Shown in pieces: positions 28,068 through 37,571 of a stretch of DNA of 64,000 nt. The notes under the pieces were generated by a model, which was given only the letters and a program-made list of their open reading frames with translations, was not told where the DNA came from and did no database searches. Each line of letters begins with the position of its first letter. The first letter of the stretch is position 1. Source of the stretch: Chloroflexota bacterium. Lineage in GTDB: Bacteria > Chloroflexota > UBA11872 > VXNJ01. Both the position numbers and the translations under genes were made by a program. Where the stretch lies: contig OZ253449.1 in assembly GCA_965261345.1 (NCBI GenBank), forward strand, positions 2,144,001 to 2,208,000, read 5' to 3'.

Positions 28068-28600
28068 CGGTCCGGGGATTTCGGAATTGCCAGGATGGAG
28101 GCGATCAACGCGCTAGTTGAGAGCCCAGGTGCCATTGCCAGAAACTGACAATCGGCGCCGACTGATGTGACGGCGGCGCGTTCGGGCAGCTGCCGGGCAC
28201 CGGGAACGGCCGGATCGTACTCGGCGCCCTTCACGTAAATGTCGGGGCGGATCAGATGGATCAGCTCGCTAGCGTCGTTTTCGGAAAATGGCACGAGGTG
28301 GTCGACCCACCGGATTGCAGCCAAGACCGCCAACCGGTCCGTAAGGGCTTGAATCGGACGGGGCGAACCCTTGAGTCGGGCAACGCTCTGGTCGTCATTG
28401 ACTCCCACCACCAGCAGGTCGCCCAGCATTGCACAATCTTCCAAAAACCGGGCATGCCCGCGATGGAGCAGATCAAATACGCCGTTGGTTAGGACCAGTC
28501 GAGCCGAACCCCGGTCGGCCAAGCTGGCGGCTGCGGCCAGGTCTAGGATCTGGGCTGGACGCCGGTTCAATTCAATTGCTTGCGGCCGCAGTGACCACAT
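28064..28600 (-). CDS. Heptose-1-phosphate nucleotidyltransferase (RfaE domain II/HldC-like)
   Basis: TNGVFDLLHRGH, VGVNDDxSVARLKG, RPDIYVKG and STS motifs. Confidence 0.85.
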   Translation of the reverse strand: MWSLRPQAIELNRRPAQILDLAAAASLADRGSARLVLTNGVFDLLHRGHARFLEDCAMLGDLLVVGVNDDQSVARLKGSPRPIQALTDRLAVLAAIRWVDHLVPFSENDASELIHLIRPDIYVKGAEYDPAVPGARQLPERAAVTSVGADCQFLAMAPGLSTSALIASILAIPKSPDR

Positions 28601-29624
28601 CCATTATTTGCCCACAGGTAACCGATGTCACCCCCAGTGTGGCGACCACTGCGGCCCCCGCGCAGTTGGCCAGTTCGGCGGCTTCCAGCGAAGATGCTCC
28701 AACGATCCGGGCGGTGGCAAAGACCGCCGCCACGCTGTCTCCGGCACCGGTCGAATCCGCTATCCCCCTGATCGGGACGGCCGGGATGTGGATTGCCGGA
28801 CGATCTCGCTCAAACAAGCACAATCCTTGGCCGCCCATGGTCAGGACGAGGTGTTGGCAGTCGAGCTCAGCGCGCATCGTCCCGCCGCAGGCTAGGGCGT
28901 CGGCGGGGCCGCTGAATCGCCGGTTGAGGTAGCTTTCGGCCTCTGGTTGATTGGGGGTTATCGTGCCGAATCCGCGGAAGCGCTCGAAACCGCCGTGGGA
29001 ATCGGCCAGCAGCATGATATTGGCGTTGCGGGCGCTCTTGATTCCGACCTCGACCACGCTGGGATCGACCACTCCGCCTTCGTAATCGGAAAAGATTAGC
29101 GCATCATGGTCGCCGATGGCGCGGTCGAGGCGACCGATTAGTTCCTCCAACTCGGTCGGCGCCAGTTCGCCGCCGGCCGGCACGTCCACCCGGGCGACCT
29201 GATAGTTATGCTCCTGACGATCGCCGCTGGCCCAAATCCGCAATTTGGACGGAGTTCGTTGTCCGGCGACCGCGAGAATGTCGCTCGTATCGGCGCCGCG
29301 GGCGGCGATCATTTCCACCAGCCGCTGTCCCAACTCATCTTGGCCAACGACCCCCAGGAGCGATGCCCTGGCGCCAATGGCACACAGATTCACGGTCAAA
29401 TTACCGGCCGCGCCGGGTAAAAAGAGCTCGCTCTCTTGTTCGATTATTGGTAACGGCGCCTCGCGCGAGAGCCTGGCTACGGTGCCAATTCGGTGTTCGT
29501 CGATTACCAGATCGCCGACCACCAGAACCTTGGCAGATGCGATGCGGCCCAGGATTTCGGCTGCGCGGGCAGGACTTATCGAAATTTTTCGCCTACTTTG
29601 ATGTTCGGGGGTTGGTTCACTCAA
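28572..29624 (-). CDS. Heptose-7-phosphate kinase (RfaE domain I/HldA-like, PfkB family)
   Basis: VVGDLVIDE...RLSREAP, SDYxGG, TPN and DSTGAGD motifs. Confidence 0.85.
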   Translation of the reverse strand: MSEPTPEHQSRRKISISPARAAEILGRIASAKVLVVGDLVIDEHRIGTVARLSREAPLPIIEQESELFLPGAAGNLTVNLCAIGARASLLGVVGQDELGQRLVEMIAARGADTSDILAVAGQRTPSKLRIWASGDRQEHNYQVARVDVPAGGELAPTELEELIGRLDRAIGDHDALIFSDYEGGVVDPSVVEVGIKSARNANIMLLADSHGGFERFRGFGTITPNQPEAESYLNRRFSGPADALACGGTMRAELDCQHLVLTMGGQGLCLFERDRPAIHIPAVPIRGIADSTGAGDSVAAVFATARIVGASSLEAAELANCAGAAVVATLGVTSVTCGQIMDVVTAAASN

Positions 29625-29706
29625 TTTTTGCTTTACGGCTTAGCGGTCCGGCAGCGCGGCTGATCGGGCCCGGTTGTCATGGTCGATCCCGATTGAGAAT
29701 TAAGGC

Positions 29707-30876
29707 ATGTCGCTGACCCTTTCCTCCCCGCTGGCGCCGGATCAGATCCTGCACCTGGCCGGGATCCTGATCGAGGGGAACAAACTACAGGTTGCGACCG
29801 AACTAATAGCCCTGGTTACCGATCCTTTTCCACAAAGCCTGCCGGGTCGATTGGTCGGGGCGGAGTTGGCTCTGGCCAAGGGTGAGCCAGGCGACGCTCT
29901 AGAAACTGTCCGCGATATCCTGCAGATCGATCCACTCAATCCGCGAGCGCACCTGCTGGCGATGCGGGCCGGCGACGCTCCGGATTTGCCCGAATACGAG
30001 CTGGGGCTGGCTATTTCACATTTGGCGGAATCCGATCGCGACTGCCAGGATATCCAGGCTCTGGCCAGGCAACTCGGATTGCGCCCCAAACGCTCGCTGG
30101 CGGCGGCGGGATTTATGTACCTGGCCCATGGCCGCCTACTGCTGGCCGAACGCTATCTGCAGGCGGCCATGCGGGTCTGGAACCGGCCGCAACTGGCATT
30201 GGCGATCGCCCAGATCCAGCTGGAAACGTTTCGCATGAATGGCGCATTGGAAACTTGCCGGGACCTTGGTGCGCACTTCCCGACCTGCCTTCCGGCCGAC
30301 CTGATCGCCGCCCAGGCCAATGCCGAACTGGGGATGCTGGATAAGGCCCGGTCCCTGCTTGACCGCACGTCCCGCCTAGACCCCGGATTTGAGCGCGCCC
30401 GACAGATTTATGCCCGCCTTCCGGTTTCGCGGATCGAACCGCCGCCCCCGCCACTCCTGGTAGTGCCGGAGATTCTGCTAAACAGCGTCCGGCGAATCCT
30501 CGAGCCGGACGAACGCCGGGTTGAGCTGGCCTCGCCACCGCCGGAGCCGAGCGCAGAATTTGTTCCGCCCAGTGAACGCTTTCTGCCCTTGGCGCCCGCC
30601 GCAAACAATGACGGCAATGTGAACCCGGACGCTGCGGACGATCAAATGCCCAAGCCCGCCTCGCTTCCGGCGTTGATCGCCGAGGGGGATTGGACCAAGG
30701 TATGGAGCGTGCTTGAATACACTCATGATCTCGTCGATGACCAATTGTTGGCGGCGGTACCCGCCGAACGGCTGCAGCGGCTTGGCGACGAACTTACCCG
30801 CCTGGGGCGCTCCGATCTGGCCGAGGCTGCCTATCGTCGCGGCCAGGCGGCCGCATCCGATTTGCCTAATACCTAA
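29707..30876 (+). CDS. Tetratricopeptide-repeat protein
   Basis: Helical repeats such as AELALAKGEPGDALET...DPLNPRA and AELGMLDKARSLL...DP; Pro-rich linker. Confidence 0.65.
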   Translation: MSLTLSSPLAPDQILHLAGILIEGNKLQVATELIALVTDPFPQSLPGRLVGAELALAKGEPGDALETVRDILQIDPLNPRAHLLAMRAGDAPDLPEYELGLAISHLAESDRDCQDIQALARQLGLRPKRSLAAAGFMYLAHGRLLLAERYLQAAMRVWNRPQLALAIAQIQLETFRMNGALETCRDLGAHFPTCLPADLIAAQANAELGMLDKARSLLDRTSRLDPGFERARQIYARLPVSRIEPPPPPLLVVPEILLNSVRRILEPDERRVELASPPPEPSAEFVPPSERFLPLAPAANNDGNVNPDAADDQMPKPASLPALIAEGDWTKVWSVLEYTHDLVDDQLLAAVPAERLQRLGDELTRLGRSDLAEAAYRRGQAAASDLPNT

Positions 30877-30953
30877 GGTCCAGGCCTGGCCGGTAGGCCA
30901 ACGGGGAAAATCAATTGTTCGATTTCAGCCCCCAGCCACCGAGGAAATTGCCC

Positions 30954-31421
30954 TTGCTCGAACAGACTTTCGTGTTGCTCAAACCAGATGCTTTACAGCG
31001 ATCGCTGGGAGGCGAGATCATCGCCCGTTTCGACCGCCGCGGCTACCGGTTGGTCGCGCTCAAGATGACCCGGCCGCAGAAAGCCCAGGCCGAGTCCCAC
31101 TACGCCGAACACGAGGGCAAATTCTTCTACAGCGGGCTGGTTGACCACCTTACATCGGGGCCGGCTATAGCGATGGTCCTGGAGGGTCCGTCGGCGGTGG
31201 CCTCGGTTCGGAAAATTGTCGGTGCGACCCGGCCGCCAGAGGCGGATGCCGGAACGATTCGTGGCGATTTCGGACAGTCGCCGCTACGCAACCTGGTGCA
31301 TGCGGCTGATTCGGTTGAAAATGCCGCACGCGAAGCGGCGATCTATTTTTCTCCGGCCGAATTGCTTGAATTTGAGCGCGCCGCAGACAACTGGATATTT
31401 GAACCGGCCGATATGGCCTAA
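30954..31421 (+). CDS. ndk: Nucleoside diphosphate kinase
   Basis: TFVLLKPDA, HYAEH, GTIRGDFG and RNLVHAAD motifs; TTG 30954 follows GAGGA. Confidence 0.95.
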   Translation: MLEQTFVLLKPDALQRSLGGEIIARFDRRGYRLVALKMTRPQKAQAESHYAEHEGKFFYSGLVDHLTSGPAIAMVLEGPSAVASVRKIVGATRPPEADAGTIRGDFGQSPLRNLVHAADSVENAAREAAIYFSPAELLEFERAADNWIFEPADMA

Positions 31422-33715
31422 GTGTTTCCGCCCGACTGCCGGCGGATGACGTTCAGGGCCGATCCGGCCCAGAGCCAGGCGATCTGTTCGTCGTTTAGGG
31501 TTTGGAGCAGCTCGATCTGTTCAGAGGCGCCATCGGGGTGACGAACGCTGGCCAAGACCGGTTGGCCGGGCTTTATCTCCCCCGGGTCAACGATCGTTAT
31601 CTGGTCGCGGCGGCCGATTAGCTCGTAGTCGGCGGGATCGGCGAAGGTGAGCGCCAGGACACCCTGTTTTTTGAGGTTGGACTCGTGGATGCGGGCAAAC
31701 GAACGACAAATTACCACCGCAGCCCCGAGCAGTCGCGGTGACATCGCGGCATGCTCGCGCGACGACCCCTCACCGTAATTTTGATCGCCGATGGCCACCC
31801 AGGTATTTCCAGCGGCGGCGAGCTCGCGGGCAATTTCCGGCAGCGACTGGTCAACTTGCCCGGTAAGTTGATTGAATCCGACCCCCGGCTTTGACCCGAA
31901 GGCATTGTTGGCGCCAATGAACATGTTGTCGGAAATATTGTTCAAATGGCCGCGGAAGCGGAGCCACGGGCCGGCGGCCGAAATGTGGTCGGTGGTGCAT
32001 TGGCCCACCGCCTTGAGCAGAACCGCCATGTCGGCAAATTCGCCCGTGGTGCGACTGGCAAACGGTTCTAGCAGTTGGAGCCGATCGCTGTCGGGCGCCA
32101 CCGCAATCGCAGTCTGACTTCCGTTGGGGGCCAGATATCCGGTACCTCGGGCCAGGAACCCATTGGCCGGCACCTCCGGCGCCGGTTCGGGCGGATTGAG
32201 CCGCACCCCGGCGGATCCCGCGATCGGATCGCGGCGCGGATCAAAGCCCAGCCGTCCGCCGATTGCCATGCTCACGGCAATCTCCGGGCTGGTGATGAAA
32301 TTCATGGTTTGGGGATTGCCGTCGTTGCGACGGGGAAAATTGCGGTTAAACGAGGTAACGATCGAATTACGGGCTGGGACCGGATTGTGAGGAGCGTCGG
32401 GATCGGCCCGCCGCCACTGACCGATGCACGGCCCGCAGGCGTTGGCCAGCACGGTAGCACCGATCGCTTCCAGATCGGCGATAAGTCCGTCGCGCTCCAG
32501 GGTGGCACGTACCATCTCCGAACCCGGGGTGACCAGCAGCGGCGTGGCCACCCGGAGATCGGCCGCCTGGGCCTGGCGGGCTACCTGGGCGGCCCGTGAG
32601 ATGTCCTCGTAGGAAGAGTTGGTGCAGCTACCAATGAGCACCGCCGACAGTTCCTCCGGAAAGCCTTCGGTGGCAATTTCGCTGGCCAGATCCGAGAGTG
32701 GGCGGGCCCGGTCGGGCCGATGGGGGCCAACCACGTGCGGCTCCAGCGCCGAAAGATCGATGTCAATGACCTGGTCGTAGTAGCGATCGGGGTCTGCCGC
32801 GGTTTCGGGGTCGGCAGTTAGGAATTCCGAATTGGCCAGCGCCAGATCGGCGGCGACCGAGCGTTCGGTGGACTGCAGATATGTAATCATCCGCCGGTCG
32901 AGCGGGAAGACCGAGGTGGTAGCGCCGATTTCGGCCCCCATGTTGGTGATGGTGGCCTTACCGGTGCAGGAAATGGATTCGCAGCCTGGCCCGAAGTACT
33001 CAATGATTCGGTTGGTACCGCCGCTGGTTGTTAGCAGGCCCGCCAATTTCAGGATTACGTCTTTGGGAGCCGACCAGCCGCTGAGCGATCCGCTCAGTCG
33101 CACCCCCAGGATCGATGGCGCGAGCAGCTCCCATGGAAAGCCCACCATCACGTCTACGGCGTCGGCGCCGCCGACTCCGATTGCCAGAGTGCCAAGCCCG
33201 CCGGCATTGGGTGTGTGCGAATCGGTACCAATGATCAGCGATCCAGGGACCGCGTAGTTTTCCAGCACTACCTGGTGAATGATCCCAGAACCCGGTTCCC
33301 AGAATCCCAGCCCCCACTGGGCCGACGCCGAGCGCAGGAATGTGAAAACCTCGTCATTTTCAAGCCGGGAACGGGCCAGGTCGGGCGTGGCGCCGATCTG
33401 GGCCCGAATCAGGTGGTCGCAGTGCACGGTAGTTGGGACCTGGGTACGCGCCTGCCCGGCAAGACGGAACTGCAGCAGGGCCATCTGGCCGGTTACGTCC
33501 TGGAGCGCCACCCGATCGGGCCGCAGCATGATCCAGGCTCCCGGTTCCAGCTCGATTGTCTCCGGGTCGTCGGCGTGCGCCCAGAGGATCTTCTCGGCCA
33601 GGGTCAAGGGTCGTCCCGCCCGCCGCCGGATTGTATCGAGGCGCCCGGTCAGCCGACCGTACATTGCCGAAAGGGCCTCGGGGTCGGCACCGGTTTGATT
33701 CATCGCCGCAGACAT
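31418..33715 (-). CDS. acnA: Aconitate hydratase (mitochondrial-like type)
   Basis: HCDH, DSHT, GSCTNSSYED, NACGPCIG, TTDHIS and GEGSSREHAA motifs. Confidence 0.95.
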   Translation of the reverse strand: MSAAMNQTGADPEALSAMYGRLTGRLDTIRRRAGRPLTLAEKILWAHADDPETIELEPGAWIMLRPDRVALQDVTGQMALLQFRLAGQARTQVPTTVHCDHLIRAQIGATPDLARSRLENDEVFTFLRSASAQWGLGFWEPGSGIIHQVVLENYAVPGSLIIGTDSHTPNAGGLGTLAIGVGGADAVDVMVGFPWELLAPSILGVRLSGSLSGWSAPKDVILKLAGLLTTSGGTNRIIEYFGPGCESISCTGKATITNMGAEIGATTSVFPLDRRMITYLQSTERSVAADLALANSEFLTADPETAADPDRYYDQVIDIDLSALEPHVVGPHRPDRARPLSDLASEIATEGFPEELSAVLIGSCTNSSYEDISRAAQVARQAQAADLRVATPLLVTPGSEMVRATLERDGLIADLEAIGATVLANACGPCIGQWRRADPDAPHNPVPARNSIVTSFNRNFPRRNDGNPQTMNFITSPEIAVSMAIGGRLGFDPRRDPIAGSAGVRLNPPEPAPEVPANGFLARGTGYLAPNGSQTAIAVAPDSDRLQLLEPFASRTTGEFADMAVLLKAVGQCTTDHISAAGPWLRFRGHLNNISDNMFIGANNAFGSKPGVGFNQLTGQVDQSLPEIARELAAAGNTWVAIGDQNYGEGSSREHAAMSPRLLGAAVVICRSFARIHESNLKKQGVLALTFADPADYELIGRRDQITIVDPGEIKPGQPVLASVRHPDGASEQIELLQTLNDEQIAWLWAGSALNVIRRQSGGNT

Positions 33716-33874
33716 TTTTGGATCGACATCTTTGTACTGATTAGTCCTCAGCGGATTCTAGATTCAACCGGGAATCGAGTCGACTGAGCCCGGCCGGGCG
33801 GGCGAGCTATCGATCCGACGGCGATAATAGACCGCCTGCCGCAAATCCCTCTTTACCGGGCCTCGCCAACCTCC

Positions 33875-35026
33875 TTGAAGCTGCACGAATACCAGTCCCG
33901 CGACCTGCTCGCCGGTCAGGCCATACCGCTGCCGCCGGCTCGATTGGTCGTAGACCCGGCCGGCGCGGCCGAGGCTGCCGCTGAGCTGGGCGGCCGGGTG
34001 GTGATAAAGGCCCAGGTCCTTTCGGGCGGTCGCGGCAAGGCCGGCGGGATCAAATTGGTTGGCGATCCAGCGGCTGCGGCCCGGTCTGCCGGCAACATCC
34101 TGGGGCGCACGATCGGGGGCCACCTGGTGCAAAAGGTTCTGGTGGCCAAGGCCGTCGATATCGCGGCCGAATATTACCTGGCGGTGCTGCCGGATCGCCG
34201 GTCGCGAAAACTGGTGGTTATGGCCTCGGCGGCTGGCGGCATCGACATCGAACTGACAGCGGCCGAAAACCCGGCGGCGATTCATCGCCGCCGCTGCCCG
34301 GCCGACGGCCAATTGGAGCCGTACCAAGGCCGCGAATTGGCGTTTGATCTCGGATTGCCCAAGGCGCTGGTGGGCCAGTTCGCCCAGATTGCCGCGTCAT
34401 TGGTCAAGTGCCTGCAAATCAACGACGCCTCGCTGGTCGAGGTCAACCCGTTGGTAATTAGCGGCGACCAACTGCTGGCGATCGATGCCAAGATCAGCAT
34501 CGACGATTCGGCACTCTTCCGCCAGCCGGGCATGGGCGCGCTGCGCAATCCGGAGGAAGAATCCGAATCGGAGGCGTTGGCCCGCGAGGCTGGAATCTCC
34601 TATGTGGAGTTGGATGGATCGCTGGGATGCATGGTCAACGGGGCCGGATTGGCGATGGCCTTGCTCGACGTAATAGTGGCTGAAGGCGGCCGCCCGGCGA
34701 ATTTCCTCGACATAGGTGGCGGAGCGGATGCCGACCAGGTTGCCCGGGCCATGCGGATCATCCTTTCCGACCCTTCGGTCCGAGCGGTGCTGGTCAATAT
34801 CTTCGGCGGAATTACCCGCTGCGACGACGTGGCCCGCGGCATCACCGCGGCCCTGGCTGAGATCGACAAGCCGCCGCCGCTAATTTCCCGCCTGGCGGGC
34901 ACCAATCAGGCGGAAGGGCTAGCGATCCTGCGGCAAGCTGGCATCAGCGCCCACCGTGACATGCTCGCGGCCGTGCGGGCGGCGGTGGCCCTGGCCCAGG
35001 GGCCGGCTGAGCGATGCACAACCTGA
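33875..35026 (+). CDS. sucC: Succinyl-CoA synthetase beta subunit
   Basis: KLHEYQ, KAQVLSGGRGKAGG, NGAGLAM and NIFGGITRCD motifs. Confidence 0.96.
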   Translation: MKLHEYQSRDLLAGQAIPLPPARLVVDPAGAAEAAAELGGRVVIKAQVLSGGRGKAGGIKLVGDPAAAARSAGNILGRTIGGHLVQKVLVAKAVDIAAEYYLAVLPDRRSRKLVVMASAAGGIDIELTAAENPAAIHRRRCPADGQLEPYQGRELAFDLGLPKALVGQFAQIAASLVKCLQINDASLVEVNPLVISGDQLLAIDAKISIDDSALFRQPGMGALRNPEEESESEALAREAGISYVELDGSLGCMVNGAGLAMALLDVIVAEGGRPANFLDIGGGADADQVARAMRIILSDPSVRAVLVNIFGGITRCDDVARGITAALAEIDKPPPLISRLAGTNQAEGLAILRQAGISAHRDMLAAVRAAVALAQGPAERCTT

Positions 35027-35883
35027 TGATCGATGCCTCCACCCCGGTCCTGGTACAGGGCATCAGCGGCCGCCAGGGGTCATTCCACACCAGGTTAATG
35101 CTCGAGTACGGCACTTCGGTGGTGGCCGGGGTGGTGCCCGGTCGTGGTGGTCAACGGGTTCACGGGGTCGAGGTTTTCGACACTGTAAACCAGGCAGTTG
35201 AGGCCAGTGGAGCAAGCGCCGGGGTGGTCTTCGTGCCCCCATTTGCGGCGGCCGATGCGGTGTGCGAACAGGCCGCCTCCGGAATAAAGACGATCGTTAC
35301 GATCACCGAGGGAATTCCGGTTCTGGATGCGGCCCGGATGATCAATTTTGCCAATCGCCGCGGCGCCCGCGTTATCGGACCCAATTGCCCGGGGTTGATA
35401 CTGCCGGGCCAGACCAAATTGGGCATCATCCCTGGATCGATCGCCCGTCCCGGCCGGGTCGGAATCGTCTCGCGATCGGGAACGCTCACCTATGAGGTGA
35501 TCCAAGCGCTCACCGATCGCGGGATCGGGCAGGCGCTCTGCCTGGGAATCGGCGGTGACCCGCTGATCGGCTTTACATTCGTGGACGCGCTCGCCGAATT
35601 TGAGGGCGATCCGGGCACCGATGCGATTGTGTTGATCGGCGAAATTGGCGGTCAAGACGAAGAAATCGCCGCCGCCTACATCCGCGAAAAAGTGTCCAAG
35701 CCGGTGGTCGGGTTCATCGCCGGACGCTCTGCCCCGCCCGAACGGCAAATGGGTCACGCCGGCGCCATCGTGGCCGGGGGAATGGGTGCGGCGGTCGATA
35801 AGATCGCGGCGCTGCAGGCCGTCGATGTGCCGGTGGCCCAGCACCCCGAACAAGTGGGCGACCTGGTCGCTACCCGGCTTTGA
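35014..35883 (+). CDS. sucD: Succinyl-CoA synthetase alpha subunit
   Basis: ITEGIP, GPNCPG, SRSGTLTYE and MGHAGA motifs. Confidence 0.96.
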   Translation: MHNLMIDASTPVLVQGISGRQGSFHTRLMLEYGTSVVAGVVPGRGGQRVHGVEVFDTVNQAVEASGASAGVVFVPPFAAADAVCEQAASGIKTIVTITEGIPVLDAARMINFANRRGARVIGPNCPGLILPGQTKLGIIPGSIARPGRVGIVSRSGTLTYEVIQALTDRGIGQALCLGIGGDPLIGFTFVDALAEFEGDPGTDAIVLIGEIGGQDEEIAAAYIREKVSKPVVGFIAGRSAPPERQMGHAGAIVAGGMGAAVDKIAALQAVDVPVAQHPEQVGDLVATRL

Positions 35884-36005
35884 AGCAGGCGATGGCAAAC
35901 TGCCCCGCGCGCTCGTTATGATCATTGGGGTGGGATCGATAGCCGCCAACGGCGTTCTGGATCCCGCTTCGTTCATTCGGGCAATCCCGGTTCAAGGCCC
36001 TGTCT

Positions 36006-37571
36006 TTGATTGAATACGAACTGGTTGTGGTGGGCGGCGGGATCGCCGGTCTCAGGGCCGCCATCGCCGCTGCCGAGGCCGACCTGCGGGTGGCGGTCAT
36101 TTCGCGCACCAACCCAATTGCCCATCAAGACGCAAATCTTCGTGAAGGGTTCAACGCGCCCGACGGCGACCGGCTCAAGAACGCTTTTGCAGCCGATTGT
36201 GTGGCTGCCGGTTGCGGCCTGGCCGATCCCTCAGCGATCGCGGCGGCCGCCGACCGGGCGGTCGGCGAGGCGATTGCGGTCGAACACATGGGGGCGACAT
36301 TTGCCCGATCCGCCGATGGCGGCCTGGACGCCTTTCGCCTGGCCGGCAACTCGGCTGCCTACAGCTTGCAGGCCGGTTGGTGGTCCGGTCGAGCGGTGCA
36401 GAACGCGCTAATCGATCAGGCCGCAGCGTATGCGATTGACATATTTAGCGAATGGCTCGCTCTCGCGGTTGTAACCGACGATGCCGGAGTCTGCGGCCTG
36501 ACCGCGCTCAATATCCGCTCCGGTCAGGTCCAGGCGTTTAGCGCTGGAAACGTCCTGCTCACTGAAGGATCGGTCGGCGGCATCTTCACGACCAGCGGCA
36601 ATCCGCGCTGCGCTATCGGCAGTGGCCAGGCCTTAGCCGCTGCCGTCGGGGCGCCGTTGGTCGATATGGAATTCGTCGAATATTGCGCCGGCCTAAATTC
36701 AACTTCGCCATCAATGAACGGGGCGCTGATAGGCGATGCCGCCACTGTCGCCGCGGCGGCATACACCGGATTGCGCTCCCAACCTGATCCAGCTACTCCG
36801 GGAGGCCTGGCCCGCGCGCTTGATCCGGGCGGATCGACCCGAATCGACTTTTCCGGCAACCGCGAGGAGATTGAGCTGTTCGCCGGCGAAATCGGTCTTT
36901 TGCTCGGATCCGAGCTGTCCACCGAGGTCATTCCATCGGTTGCCTACTGCGTCGGCGGGATTGCTCCCGATACCGCCATCGACGGGCTGTGGGCTGCCGG
37001 CGAGGCGGCCGTCTCGCCGTTGCTGGGAGCGGGTCTGCTCGCGGGCAATACCCTGCTCGACCTCGTTCAGTCTGCCACTGCGGCGGTGATGCAAATTACC
37101 CGGCGGTCAGGCGGGGTGCCCGCGTCGCTGCGCCTAAAAACCCAGGAAGAGATTCAACTCACCTTCAGCGGCGATCGCCAGATCGACACCGCCGTCCTCT
37201 GGGATCGCCTGCGCGCGGTAATGACCCAGTCGGCCGGCCTGGCCCGCGAACGTGATGGCCTTGAGCGTGCCCGCGGCCAGATAGATGAGATTGCCGCACT
37301 TGCGGCGCGGTCCGCACCGGCATTTCCGGGCGCACATTTCAACCTCGAGTTGGTGCGCCTATTGGAGTTGCGCCAAGGGCTGGTTACCGCGGCCGCCATC
37401 GTAGCCGGATCGAGCGCCCGGTTGGAGTCGCGTGGCCCACATCAGCGAGTCGATTTCCCGGGACAATCTGTTGATTTTGATGACCATACTGTTCTGCGCC
37501 GCGGCGATGCTGGTTTCAATGTGCAACGCGAGCTGCGGGTAGGCCGATCGCCGGCCGGAGTTGCCCGATGA
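36006..37571 (+). CDS. SdhA/FrdA-like flavoprotein lacking catalytic residues (putative pseudoenzyme)
   Basis: GGGIAG, DMEF, AAGE and RLESRGxHxRxDFP motifs retained; catalytic His/Glu/Arg positions substituted. Confidence 0.8.
   Translation: MIEYELVVVGGGIAGLRAAIAAAEADLRVAVISRTNPIAHQDANLREGFNAPDGDRLKNAFAADCVAAGCGLADPSAIAAAADRAVGEAIAVEHMGATFARSADGGLDAFRLAGNSAAYSLQAGWWSGRAVQNALIDQAAAYAIDIFSEWLALAVVTDDAGVCGLTALNIRSGQVQAFSAGNVLLTEGSVGGIFTTSGNPRCAIGSGQALAAAVGAPLVDMEFVEYCAGLNSTSPSMNGALIGDAATVAAAAYTGLRSQPDPATPGGLARALDPGGSTRIDFSGNREEIELFAGEIGLLLGSELSTEVIPSVAYCVGGIAPDTAIDGLWAAGEAAVSPLLGAGLLAGNTLLDLVQSATAAVMQITRRSGGVPASLRLKTQEEIQLTFSGDRQIDTAVLWDRLRAVMTQSAGLARERDGLERARGQIDEIAALAARSAPAFPGAHFNLELVRLLELRQGLVTAAAIVAGSSARLESRGPHQRVDFPGQSVDFDDHTVLRRGDAGFNVQRELRVGRSPAGVAR

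Noticed and set aside
35095-35976. 293-aa minus-strand ORF
   Set aside because: Antisense shadow of sucD.
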